NCBI GenBank assembly: GCA_964545575.1
Contig: CAZJFL010000006.1
Span: 25,721 to 89,720 of the forward strand
Direction of reading: 5' to 3'
Source of the DNA: an uncultured Planctomycetales bacterium
Lineage (GTDB): Bacteria; Omnitrophota; Gorgyraeia; Gygaellales; Profunditerraquicolaceae
DNA length: 64,000 nt
Shown here: piece after piece, positions 8,791 through 18,173 of the stretch
Numbering within the stretch: position 1 is the first letter of the stretch
How the letters are laid out: every line of letters begins with the position of its first letter
Made by a program: the position numbers and the translations under genes
The notes under the pieces: generated by a model
Database searches by the model: none
What the model was told of the DNA's origin: nothing
Seen by the model: the letters and a program-made list of their open reading frames with translations, nothing else

Positions 8791-10806
8791 ATGGAGCTGA
8801 TTAACAAAGACTTAATTTTAAAAGAAATGCCGTTGTTCGCCGGCCTCACTGCCGAAGAGCGCCGGATCATCAAAGGCAAATGCTCCTTAAGAGACTATAA
8901 AAAAGGCGAAGTCATTTACAAGGAAGGCTCTCCTGCGGATGCGTTTTATTGCGTGGTCCTCGGCCGAGTGGTCATTTATGCCCGGGACAGAGACGGACAG
9001 GAAAAAATCCTGGAATACCTGCACCGCGGAAAATACTTCGGCATTATTTCTCTCCTTACCGGAGAGACGCATTCCGTGACTGCCGAGACTATAAACGACT
9101 GCCTGCTTCTGGTGATTGAGAAAAAGGACTTCGATTATGTCTTAAACAAGGCCCCGCGCTTAGCCATTGACTTAAGCCAGACCCTTTCCCGCAGGCTCAA
9201 ACGTAAAGATATCCACCAGAAGACAATCTTTGAAAGTACGGTGATTTCAGTATTCAGCTCTTATTCCCAAGCGGGTAAAACCGTTTACGCGATGAATCTC
9301 GCCCTGAGCCTGCGCAAAGAGACGCAGAAGAGCCTGGTGATACTGGGTATCCTGCCGCAGGATAAAATCCATAGCCTGCCTAAAAGGCTGGAGAGCGCAG
9401 GAGATTACCGGGTCTTTGATTTATCTTCTTCGGCCGCCAGCACCTCAAGGATTAAAGATTTTATTTTAAAAAACAGGTTTGCGGTAGATTTAATCTGCTT
9501 AAGCTATAACCCCGAAGATTATTCCTGCGTCAGGAAGCTGGTTGAGATTTTAAGCCTCCTGGTGAATGATTACCATTACCTGATTTTAGACCTGCCTTCC
9601 TCGATGGACAGGCCGGTTTTTAGCATCTTGAACCAATCCGATTTGATCTATATGCTGACCGGCCCGGAGCCGGTAGATTTGAAGCGTACCCAGCACCTGA
9701 TAGCAAAACTTAAGAAAGAGTTTCATTTTCAGGAAAGCAAGATCAGGGTGGTGATCAACGAATATAAACTTTCCAAGCTTAGCCACGAGGAGCTGATCGG
9801 GCTATTGAAGCAAAATATTTCGGCTACTTTGCCGAGAATAGAATTTGGCGCCGGGGACAGGTTGATTTTGGATAATCCTGATTGCGAATACTCCAAAGCA
9901 GTCAGGCGCATCGCGCGCCAGATCGGCGATTGCCAGGTAGGCCTGGTGCTCGGCGTGGGGGTAGCTTACGGTTTCTGCCATATCGGGGTATTAAAGGTAA
10001 TCGAGGAAGAAAAAATCCCCGTTGACGTCATTTGCGGTTCCAGTATCGGAGCCCTGATTGCCAGCCTCTGGGCAACCGGAAAATCCGCCCCGGAGATCCT
10101 TGAAATCACTAAAGAGTTTAAGGAGGCAAAATCCATGTGGGGGATGGTGGACTTGACTTTCCCGCTCCTGGGCTTTATCAAAGGCAACAAGCTCCATAAT
10201 TTCCTGAAAAAATATTTGGGCAATAAGACCTTCTATGAGGTTAAGCTTCCCTTAAAGATAATTGCCAGCGACGTAAAAAGAAAAGAGCCGCGCGTCCTGG
10301 ACAAAGGCTTAATCGCGGATGCGATCATGGCCAGCTGTGCCATGCCCGGGGTGTTTGCGCCTTTTAAGTTCAGGGAAGAGATACTTTTTGACGGCGGCAT
10401 CATCAACCCTTTGCCGACTGAACCTTTATTTAAGATGGGGGTTAAAAAGATTATCGCCGTCAATGTCACGCCTTCCCGTCAGGATATCATGCGCCAGTAT
10501 GATTTGCTGAAAGAAAAAATTACGGTTACGATCCCCGAGAGCATCAAGAAGAAAAAGTGGTTTAGCTTACGGCAGTACCTGAAGGATATATTTAAGAATA
10601 ATATCCTGGATATCATTTTTAGTAGCGTCGAAATATTGCAGTCGGAAGTAGCCCAGAAAGAAGCGCAACTGGCAGATGTAGTCCTGCATCCGGACACCGC
10701 CGGTTTATTTTGGCTGGATTTACACAAGGCAGAGGAGTTTGCCAAAAGGGGAGAAACAGAGGCGCGCCGGAACCTGGATAAAATCAAGCAGTTGGTTAAT
10801 GATTAA
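8791..10806 (+). CDS. cNMP-binding / MinD-ParA-like / patatin phospholipase fusion
   Basis: Crp-like cNMP domain (YKEGSPADAFY..G..FG), P-loop-like AGKT and ILDLP, patatin GSSIG and DGG. Confidence 0.85.
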   Translation: MELINKDLILKEMPLFAGLTAEERRIIKGKCSLRDYKKGEVIYKEGSPADAFYCVVLGRVVIYARDRDGQEKILEYLHRGKYFGIISLLTGETHSVTAETINDCLLLVIEKKDFDYVLNKAPRLAIDLSQTLSRRLKRKDIHQKTIFESTVISVFSSYSQAGKTVYAMNLALSLRKETQKSLVILGILPQDKIHSLPKRLESAGDYRVFDLSSSAASTSRIKDFILKNRFAVDLICLSYNPEDYSCVRKLVEILSLLVNDYHYLILDLPSSMDRPVFSILNQSDLIYMLTGPEPVDLKRTQHLIAKLKKEFHFQESKIRVVINEYKLSKLSHEELIGLLKQNISATLPRIEFGAGDRLILDNPDCEYSKAVRRIARQIGDCQVGLVLGVGVAYGFCHIGVLKVIEEEKIPVDVICGSSIGALIASLWATGKSAPEILEITKEFKEAKSMWGMVDLTFPLLGFIKGNKLHNFLKKYLGNKTFYEVKLPLKIIASDVKRKEPRVLDKGLIADAIMASCAMPGVFAPFKFREEILFDGGIINPLPTEPLFKMGVKKIIAVNVTPSRQDIMRQYDLLKEKITVTIPESIKKKKWFSLRQYLKDIFKNNILDIIFSSVEILQSEVAQKEAQLADVVLHPDTAGLFWLDLHKAEEFAKRGETEARRNLDKIKQLVND

Positions 10807-11006
10807 GTGAGGGCATAAGTTATGCCTGCCTGACCGGTGAGGCAGGGAGGTAGCTATTAGTTGGCTAACCGTCATAACTTATGTGCCCGAACTTACACCG
10901 CACCTTTTAAATATTCAAAAATACTTTAATAAAAAGGTGCGGTGTTAATTCGCGCAAATAACTTACGTCGCTCTTTCAGAGCTTCCGTAAGTTATGCGCT
11001 CATTAA
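10804..11006 (+). repeat. Modular palindromic element, family 1 (full three-module copy)
   Basis: TAAGTGAG...CTCATTAA termini; three hairpins; reverse-complement homolog at 29468-29672. Confidence 0.9.
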
Positions 11007-11018
11007 AAGGAGAGGAAG

Positions 11019-11411
11019 ATGAAAACAAAGATTTTAATTCTGGCATCGCTCATTTTGGTCACCGGTTGCGCATCCTTAAAAGAAGGCATCAAAGGGTTAG
11101 CCGGGGTGTCGACTAAGGCGCTGGAAGAGAACAGAAAGACCGCCATAGTCAAAGTGTTTGATATGGATTATTTTAACTGCTACATTAGGGCGTTGGATAG
11201 CTTGAAGAAAATGGGCGCTTATATTTACGCGCAGGATATAAAGAAGTATATGATCGCTATCTATGTATCTGAAAGCGATACTACTCCGGTAGGCGTATTT
11301 TTTAAAGAAGTAATCCGGAACGCTACGCAAGTGGAAGTTTCCTCTCCTAGCTCTTATGCCAAAGAGGTTATTGCCGCAAAATTATTTTCTGCTTTAGAAG
11401 GCAAAAATTAA
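11019..11411 (+). CDS. Lipoprotein (possibly DUF3568-like)
   Basis: Lipobox LVTG-C, good SD. Confidence 0.7.
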   Translation: MKTKILILASLILVTGCASLKEGIKGLAGVSTKALEENRKTAIVKVFDMDYFNCYIRALDSLKKMGAYIYAQDIKKYMIAIYVSESDTTPVGVFFKEVIRNATQVEVSSPSSYAKEVIAAKLFSALEGKN

Positions 11412-11420
11412 AGGAATAAT

Positions 11421-12989
11421 TTGATGCCGCAGAAAAAAAGAGATAGCTGGGGTTCGCGCTTGGGGATTATTATGGCGGTTGCCGGTTCTGCAATCGGGCT
11501 GGGAAATTTCTTGAGGTTCCCTGCCAAAGCCGCCTCTAACGGCGGTGGCGCCTTTATGATCCCTTATTTTATTTCTTTATTTCTCTTAGGCATACCGCTG
11601 ATGTGGATTGAGTGGACTTTAGGTCGTTACGGAGGAGGTTTTGAACACGGGACCGCCCCTGGGATATTCCATAGCATCTGGCAGAAGAACCGTTTTATCA
11701 AATATTTCGGCGTCATCGGTATCTTCGGGCCGCTGGTAATTTTTATTTATTATACCTATATCGAATCCTGGACGCTGGCTTATAGTTTTTTTGCCCTGGC
11801 GGGGAAATTTTCCGGCATAGGCGATCAGGCCACCATGAAGAGTTTCTTAAGCGGTTTTCAGGGCCTGGAGAGCAATCATTTTTTTAACGGGATCGGGGCG
11901 GCATACTTCTTTTTTATCCTCACATTTCTGGTGAATACCTGGGTGATTTATTACGGCATAAAAGGCGGGATAGAAAAACTTTGCAAATGGGCGATGCCGC
12001 TTTTATTTGCCTGCGGTTTATTATTGTTAATCAGGGTTATAACTTTGGGCACTCCGGATTTGACTAAACCGGGATGGAATATAGCCAGTGGCTTTGGCTT
12101 CTTATGGAACCCGGATTTTTCCGCCCTAAAGTCAGCAAAGGTGTGGCTGGAGGCAGCCGGACAGATATTTTTTACTTTAAGCATCGGCATCGGAGTAATC
12201 CTTACTTACGCCAGCTATTTATCCAAGGGTGATGACGTAGTGCTTTCGGGATTGACCGCTTCCGCTACAAATGAGTTTGCCGAGATTATCTTAGGCGGAA
12301 GTATTGTGATCCCGGCGGCATTTGTTTTTTTCGGGCCCATAGACATCCAGTCAATTGCGCGCTCCGGCGTATTCAACCTAGGATTTGTAACCATGCCTTT
12401 AGTTTTAAATAAACTGCCCTGGGCGGCGATATTCGGTTTTAGCTGGTTTTTCCTCTTATTTTTGGCAGGTATAACCTCTTCGATTTCTTTGGCCCAGCCG
12501 GCAGTGGCATTCTTAGAAGACGAATTTAACCTCAACCGTAAAAAAGCGGTCTTGATATTTGCGGTGATTTCCTTTATACTATGTCAACCGGCAATATTTT
12601 GCCTTAAGAACGGCGTGGTGGATGAATTAGACTTCTGGGGCGGGACTTTTTGCCTGGTGCTCTTTGGCACTATCGAGACAATTCTTTTTGCCTGGGTTTT
12701 TGGCATGGAGAAGGCCTGGGATGAGATACATAAGGGCGCGGATATGCGGGTGCCTAAGGTTTATAAATTTATTATTAAGTATATCACGCCTTTATTTCTG
12801 TTTTTTATCTTAGGGATGTGGTTCTGGCAGGAGTGGCTGCCGGTAATCTTGATGAAAAAAGTTTCGGCAGCGAATCAGCCTTTTATCCTCGGCACAAGAT
12901 TGGGGTTATTACTTATGTTTTTGACGCTGGCGTTGCTGGTCAAGGTCGCCTGGCGCCATAAGCGCAAAGTTAAAGAGATGCCGGTATGA
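11421..12989 (+). CDS. Sodium-dependent transporter, NSS/SNF (LeuT-like)
   Basis: AGSAIGLGNFLRFP, GGGAFMIPY, QIFFTLS motifs. Confidence 0.95.
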   Translation: MMPQKKRDSWGSRLGIIMAVAGSAIGLGNFLRFPAKAASNGGGAFMIPYFISLFLLGIPLMWIEWTLGRYGGGFEHGTAPGIFHSIWQKNRFIKYFGVIGIFGPLVIFIYYTYIESWTLAYSFFALAGKFSGIGDQATMKSFLSGFQGLESNHFFNGIGAAYFFFILTFLVNTWVIYYGIKGGIEKLCKWAMPLLFACGLLLLIRVITLGTPDLTKPGWNIASGFGFLWNPDFSALKSAKVWLEAAGQIFFTLSIGIGVILTYASYLSKGDDVVLSGLTASATNEFAEIILGGSIVIPAAFVFFGPIDIQSIARSGVFNLGFVTMPLVLNKLPWAAIFGFSWFFLLFLAGITSSISLAQPAVAFLEDEFNLNRKKAVLIFAVISFILCQPAIFCLKNGVVDELDFWGGTFCLVLFGTIETILFAWVFGMEKAWDEIHKGADMRVPKVYKFIIKYITPLFLFFILGMWFWQEWLPVILMKKVSAANQPFILGTRLGLLLMFLTLALLVKVAWRHKRKVKEMPV

Positions 12990-13033
12990 AAGCCGGAGGG
13001 CTGTACTTTGGCTGGCCGTATTTTGGTTTATAA
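12986..13033 (+). CDS. Putative 15-aa mini-ORF MKAGGLYFGWPYFGL (possible relic of a small NSS-associated subunit)
   Basis: ATGA overlap with the transporter stop codon. Confidence 0.3.
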   Translation: MKAGGLYFGWPYFGL

Positions 13034-13058
13034 AAGTTTTTTCCAAAAAGGAGTTGCA

Positions 13059-13448
13059 ATGAAAAAAGGGATGGCTTTTTTATTTTCTCTTCCTATAATA
13101 ATGATAATTATTTCGGGATGCCTTCCTGCAATTATTGTCGGTGGTGCGGTAGGGGCAGTGGGAGGTTATGCGGTAAGCAGGGATACCATACAGGGAGAGA
13201 CAGATAAGCCCTATGAGGTGCTTTGGAATTCAGCCACCACCGTTGCCCGGATCCGCGGCAAGCTAAAGTCAGAGGATGCGATCAAGGGCCGTATTGAATT
13301 GGAAGCGGAATCAAGCCGTGTGTATATCAGCCTGGATAGATTGACGCAGTCCACTACCAGAGTGAGAGTTTCTGCGCGCAAATACCATCTGCCGAATATC
13401 GCCCTTGCGCAGGATATCTTTGTCAAGGTAATGGAAGGAATACGCTAG
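13059..13448 (+). CDS. DUF3568-like lipoprotein
   Basis: AAGGAG SD before ATG 13059, lipobox ISG-C, Gly/Ala-rich GGAVGAVGG segment. Confidence 0.75.
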   Translation: MKKGMAFLFSLPIIMIIISGCLPAIIVGGAVGAVGGYAVSRDTIQGETDKPYEVLWNSATTVARIRGKLKSEDAIKGRIELEAESSRVYISLDRLTQSTTRVRVSARKYHLPNIALAQDIFVKVMEGIR

Positions 13449-13501
13449 CCGAGGTAGCTCTCCGCCACAAAACATGGCGGATTCGCCGATAAAAAAATTT
13501 A

Positions 13502-13573
13502 GCCGAGGTAGCTCAGTGGTAGAGCGCGGCCCTGAAAAGGCCGGCGTGGGGGGTCCGATTCCCTCCCTCGGCA
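13502..13573 (+). tRNA. tRNA-Phe (GAA), CCA not encoded
   Basis: Cloverleaf GCCGAGG/CCTCGGC, anticodon loop CTGAAAA, T-loop TCCGATT. Confidence 0.95.
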
Positions 13574-13714
13574 TAAATGAGCAGACGGCTTACGGAGCGA
13601 AAGCGACGTAAGCCGTAGCTGTTTTATATACTGGCAACCAGCGTCTGCGAATTTATCCCGAGCCTATGCCAAAAATTTTATTCTAAAATTTTTGGCAATG
13701 TTTAGGCGAGGGAC
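13574..13714 (-). repeat. Family 1 palindromic element (partial) abutting tRNA-Phe
   Basis: AATGAGCAGAC..ACGGAGCGAAAGCGACGT..GTCTGCGAATT followed by a CCCGAGCC..GGCGAGGG hairpin. Confidence 0.85.
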
Positions 13715-13895
13715 ATATATACAATTTCCAACCTATTATTCCGCAATAAATTACAATCTCCCGGTAACAATCTAGTATCTCTGGTGCCCAAATTGCGCCC
13801 ATCGCAATAATAGTAGAGCTTCTTTTTTAGTTTCGGATATTAAATTGCTTACCATTTTGAGATGGAAGTGGTATAATTATAAAAAAAGAGGAGAA

Positions 13896-13994
13896 ATGAA
13901 AATAGCCATAGTAATTATAATAGTATTGGTAGTTGTTTTATTATTGTGCAAGAAGTTCTGTAAATCTTGTTGCAAAACCGATAAGAAAGAATAA
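13896..13994 (+). CDS. 32-aa single-TM Cys/Lys-rich peptide MKIAIVIIIVLVVVLLLCKKFCKSCCKTDKKE
   Basis: Own promoter (TTACCA-17-TATAAT) and GAGGAG SD; below the ORF-track cutoff. Confidence 0.6.
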   Translation: MKIAIVIIIVLVVVLLLCKKFCKSCCKTDKKE

Positions 13995-14172
13995 ATAAGG
14001 TAACTATCCTTGGGAGCTGGAATACTCACCCGCCTCAAAGTAAAGGAACCGCTTAAGTAACCTAGCCCAGCCCCCATTTTTTCAATTCTTATAACTCGTT
14101 TTAATCGCAATAATTATATATATCTTTGTGATACTCTACAGATAAAAAAATAGAGAGGGGGCTTGAAGGCAG

Positions 14173-14364
14173 TTATTTAGGCGGTTCGTATTCCTCGTAA
14201 ATATCTTTTTTCATCTTTATTGTTTCTTTTAATCTGAATACCTCCTCGTCAAGTATATTTGTTTTGCTCCTTATTTTGGTTATTTCTTCAGTAATTAGCC
14301 GGTAACGGATTTCAAAACCCAAAAGAATAGCTAAAATGCATATAATGACAAATATCACATTCAT
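14173..14364 (-). CDS. Small membrane-anchored hypothetical protein
   Basis: AAGGAGG SD on the minus strand, N-terminal TM plus short coiled coil. Confidence 0.65.
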   Translation of the reverse strand: MNVIFVIICILAILLGFEIRYRLITEEITKIRSKTNILDEEVFRLKETIKMKKDIYEEYEPPK

Positions 14365-14734
14365 ACCGCCTCCTTTTCTTTAATTATATCATTAAAAATA
14401 AACAGATAAAAATAATTATATTATGAGGAAACTGCCTAATTTTCTCTTGCCAAATCCCCCCCCAGCCACCCCTTGTTATAACCATAAACCCGCTCGCTAA
14501 ATTGCTTGCAATTTTGGAATTAAAGTAGGACAATTCTATTATAAAAAGGAGGGAGGTTATTAAGCCGAAGTGGCTAGAAAATGCGGCTGCTCTCTCTTAA
14601 GAACTGGTACAACTTATAGGGGCAGGTCATTATAACATTTCTTATTACATATGGTTACATAAACTGTCTAGTGTTTTGTGCCTACTGTTTTACTTCCCAT
14701 TTGCAAAATAGATTGATAAAAGGGAGATAATGCG

Positions 14735-15121
14735 ATGGCAAAGTACAGCGTGTTTTTTACGGGGGTGTGTATAGCGGCTTTGGGTATTTTGTTTCTGGGG
14801 CAGAATATATGCAATGCTTCATGTGAAGAGGAGTGCAAAGTTTCTAAGAGCTGCCTGAGTTATTCCGACTGTAATACCGCTCATGTGCAGTGCCTGGCTG
14901 CCTGCAAGGAAAAGGAAGCTTGGGATTTTGCGTCGAAGTCATACGAGAAAACTGTCGAGATCCAATCAAAGCTGATTGAGCATCTAGAAGGCCAGAATGT
15001 CGCTCTTGAAAGACTGCTTACGCTTATCGACTCTCTTATTACAAAAATCACCAAGATGAACTCGGAAAGCGAAGCCGGGCAGCAGCAAGGGCAAATTCAG
15101 GTAGAGCTGAATAAAGAATAA
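14735..15121 (+). CDS. Exported Cys-rich hypothetical protein with C-terminal coiled coil
   Basis: Signal-like N-terminus, CxxxC pattern, GGGAG SD. Confidence 0.65.
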   Translation: MAKYSVFFTGVCIAALGILFLGQNICNASCEEECKVSKSCLSYSDCNTAHVQCLAACKEKEAWDFASKSYEKTVEIQSKLIEHLEGQNVALERLLTLIDSLITKITKMNSESEAGQQQGQIQVELNKE

Positions 15122-15285
15122 AAGTAGGATATTTTTAGACAGGGGATGTTCCTCGGATGGGCACTCTATTTATGTAAAGAAGGTAGATAGTTTATATAAC
15201 TCACTAAATTGCTTACAATTTTGAAAAGAAAGCGGTATAATAAAATAATAAAGAATCAATTAAAGAGAAAAAAGGATGGTGGCTG

Positions 15286-16143
15286 ATGAAGAAATTATTT
15301 TCCTTGTCGGCATTATGTGCGTTATTTATATCAGTAGCCGGTTTAGCTACGCCAGCCTACGCTGGTAAATTTAACCTGAGTGCAGGAATAGGGATTGAAT
15401 ATATGAAGTATGAGGAACACTTTCCGGAGGATGCGTTAACCCCTTTTCCCGTAGATTCCGATGCCGAAGTGATCAATACCGTCGCTAGCGCTGTAGCCGA
15501 ATATACTTTCAATAATAAATTTTTTCTGGGAGCCAAGGGCGCAATCCCAGTCGGTAAAGGCGACGATACCGAAGAGTGGGAAGAGGCGGGTTTCCTTTTC
15601 CAGACTAATGACCTGGAGTACGGCTGGACGAGGGCTGATGCCTACGCCGGTTATACTTTCGCATTTCAAGGAGAAGATGTTATCGCTAACGAATTTTCTC
15701 CGTTTATAGGCATACGTTCTTCTTGGGCCAAGCAGGAGAGGAGTAATTTTGTAGTGGTGGGGGTTCCTACCCCCGGCCTTACGGCCACCGAAAAAATTAA
15801 TTCCTATGGGACGATCTTGGGCTTTAAGGCAGTAAATAGTTTATTCGATCAAAAGCTAGTCATCGGCACTAATTTTGAATGGGTTTTTCCTTTTGATGTG
15901 GAAGTTACTAACACAGCGATTCCCGGCATGGAGATAAATGCTAAAAAAGGATACACCTGGAAATTAGGGATAAGCGGGGCATATATTCTCTCCGAGCGTT
16001 GGTCAATTGGTAGCGAACTATATGGCGGCAGGATGCATTGGAAGGGAAGCGATTGGGTCCCCTATGGAATCGGTTTCGTAAAATGGCCGAGTAATGATAC
16101 CACCTATTTCGGCGGCAACGCGTCTTTGACCTATAAATTTTAA
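15286..16143 (+). CDS. Outer-membrane beta-barrel protein
   Basis: Signal peptide (AYA), amphipathic strands, C-terminal YKF. Confidence 0.8.
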   Translation: MKKLFSLSALCALFISVAGLATPAYAGKFNLSAGIGIEYMKYEEHFPEDALTPFPVDSDAEVINTVASAVAEYTFNNKFFLGAKGAIPVGKGDDTEEWEEAGFLFQTNDLEYGWTRADAYAGYTFAFQGEDVIANEFSPFIGIRSSWAKQERSNFVVVGVPTPGLTATEKINSYGTILGFKAVNSLFDQKLVIGTNFEWVFPFDVEVTNTAIPGMEINAKKGYTWKLGISGAYILSERWSIGSELYGGRMHWKGSDWVPYGIGFVKWPSNDTTYFGGNASLTYKF

Positions 16144-16177
16144 TTAGCTTAAGCATACTTTATTCCCCGTTAGTTTT

Positions 16178-16220
16178 ATCCCCTTTTTACGTTTATTAAA
16201 CGCAGAAAGGGGATTTTTTA
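16178..16220 (+). terminator. Intrinsic terminator
   Basis: ATCCCCTTTTT..AGAAAGGGGAT hairpin followed by T tract. Confidence 0.6.
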
Positions 16221-16497
16221 TCTCTAACTCGCCTTCCGGGAAGATCAGATTACCCTCTCTTTAGAAAGAATTCTTTAAAGCAAGGGACACTCTTACTTTG
16301 CCTTAAGAACCGTCCCTGAATTTAGGTGTTAGATTTTGCCACCCCTTGCGTCTATTATAGCAGGAGGGCGAAATGAAGCCAACCAAGCAGCTAATCCAAG
16401 AAACTAAGGTTATTTTAAATTAAGGATATCTGTAGCTCCAGAAAAACGACCAATAATAATCCGGTAATTGAGGCCAAGAGGTTAAAAAAAAGAAAGA

Positions 16498-17040
16498 GTG
16501 CAGGAAAGGCGGGTTATCCCGGATAGCGAATTATTCAAATTCTTTGAAGAGGCTAAGAAGAGAAGCGAGCGGGTAAATTGGTATGGGTATTTCGTAACTT
16601 TGTATATGACTTGCTCAAGAGTAAGCGAAATAACCTCCCTCAAGAAATCGCAGATTAAAAATGGTATTATACAATTTCATAAAACTAAAGCTAAACCAAA
16701 AGCCGTCTTTATACACCCTCAATTAAGGCCTATTTTAGAAGAGGCCATTAAACGCTCAAAGGTTGAGCTGGTATTTCCTAATATAAATGGGGAAGAGATA
16801 AACCGCAGGAAGATAAGGGATAGAATGATAGAGCTATGTCGCCTGGTCGGGATACCTAAGGCCACGCCACACGATTTAAGACATACTTTTGCCAGCAGAA
16901 TTGATATAGAAAGCTATGTAAAACAAAAGATAGGTGGTTGGGTTAATAAAAGAGTGCTGGAGGATACCTATAACCATCCGGCAGAGGATATTGTAAGACA
17001 GGCATATTTCGGGGTTGATTTAATGCCTAAGTCAGAATAA
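16498..17040 (+). pseudogene. Tyrosine recombinase, catalytic domain only (likely truncated phage integrase)
   Basis: R (CSRVSE), K (KTK), HDLRH and Y motifs; only 180 aa; lies beside the att-like repeat. Confidence 0.75.
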
Positions 17041-17142
17041 ACGCCACACTAACGCCACAAGGGGTTGACTAAATGAATAAACTATATTATAATTCAAGGA
17101 GTTATCACAGAGGGGGTGCTTTATCCCTCCCTCGGTACCACC

Positions 17143-17179
17143 TAAAAAGAGAGGGTTTTCATAACCCCTCTTTTTTATT
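17143..17179 (+). terminator. Terminator after the att-like site
   Basis: AAAAAGAGAGGGTT/AACCCCTCTTTTTT. Confidence 0.7.
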
Positions 17180-17426
17180 ATAGTTGTAGCGTAATGGGCT
17201 GTAATTTAAGTAGTTGCGGGGCCTGGTAAGTTTTTGCGGACCCCTTGATTCTTAGTGGCGCGTTAATAGCCACAGAATTATAATCTGTGAAGAGGCGATG
17301 GATGCATAGCCTTGGATATATTTCAAAAGTATTCTCATAAGTGCTTGCTTATGATATAATTGTCGAAAGCAGTTTCAATGAAAAAGATGATAGACAAAAA
17401 TTTCCTTTAATGCCCTAGAGGCAATC

Positions 17427-18173
17427 GTGTATATGTTAGAGAATATTTGTAAACAAGCTATATTTGAAGGAAAAAAAATTGATTTAACAGGCTGTAATTA
17501 TGGAAGCCGCGATTATGAATTTCCCCATCAGAAAGTGGATTTTATCGATACGCCATGTCCGTATTATTTTTTTCTCGCAGGCCTTGTTAGATCTCAAAGA
17601 TTGACCAATATATTAGAGATAGGAACGAATTGGGGAGGCTCTATCATGTCATTGAGCAGGGGATTACATAGTCAAGACCTCGGGAAAAGTAAACTGGTCA
17701 CAGTGGACATAACTTATGCGAATGAGGAAGGTTTTAAAAAGTATCCCCACATCAAAAGAATATACGGAGACGCGTTAAATAAAAAAGTGGTAAAGGAAGT
17801 TGTAGCGTGTTTCAACAAGGATATCGACTTAATGTTTATTGATTCGGTACACGAATATGAGCATGTAAAGCTGTGCCTATATATTTACGCTAATATGCTA
17901 AAACCAAAATATATAATTCTTGATGACATATGTTACAATTACTCGATGAGAAAGTTATGGTTAGAGTTAACGAAAGAATTCGGGAATAGAGCTTTTGATG
18001 CGACAGAAATAAGCATGAGAGAGCGGGAAGCGGGTCTCGGTATCATTGATTGGGGGCATGCTACTTGGCGATACCGGAAATATAAAATATATTGGATTAA
18101 AATGTGCTCTATAAAGATAAAAATTTTAAATCGTATTCTTACGCTTATCCCCAAATATGCCCATCCAATGTAG
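17427..18173 (+). CDS. Class I SAM-dependent methyltransferase
   Basis: LEIGTNWGGS, VTVDI, DLMFIDSVH, ILDD. Confidence 0.85.
   Translation: MYMLENICKQAIFEGKKIDLTGCNYGSRDYEFPHQKVDFIDTPCPYYFFLAGLVRSQRLTNILEIGTNWGGSIMSLSRGLHSQDLGKSKLVTVDITYANEEGFKKYPHIKRIYGDALNKKVVKEVVACFNKDIDLMFIDSVHEYEHVKLCLYIYANMLKPKYIILDDICYNYSMRKLWLELTKEFGNRAFDATEISMREREAGLGIIDWGHATWRYRKYKIYWIKMCSIKIKILNRILTLIPKYAHPM

Larger units (their letters stand above)
13574..17140. mobile_element. Decayed integrative element at tRNA-Phe
   Basis: tRNA 3' end repeated at 17124-17140 (TCCCTCCCTCGGtACCA), adjacent integrase fragment, AT-rich orphan cargo. Confidence 0.75.
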
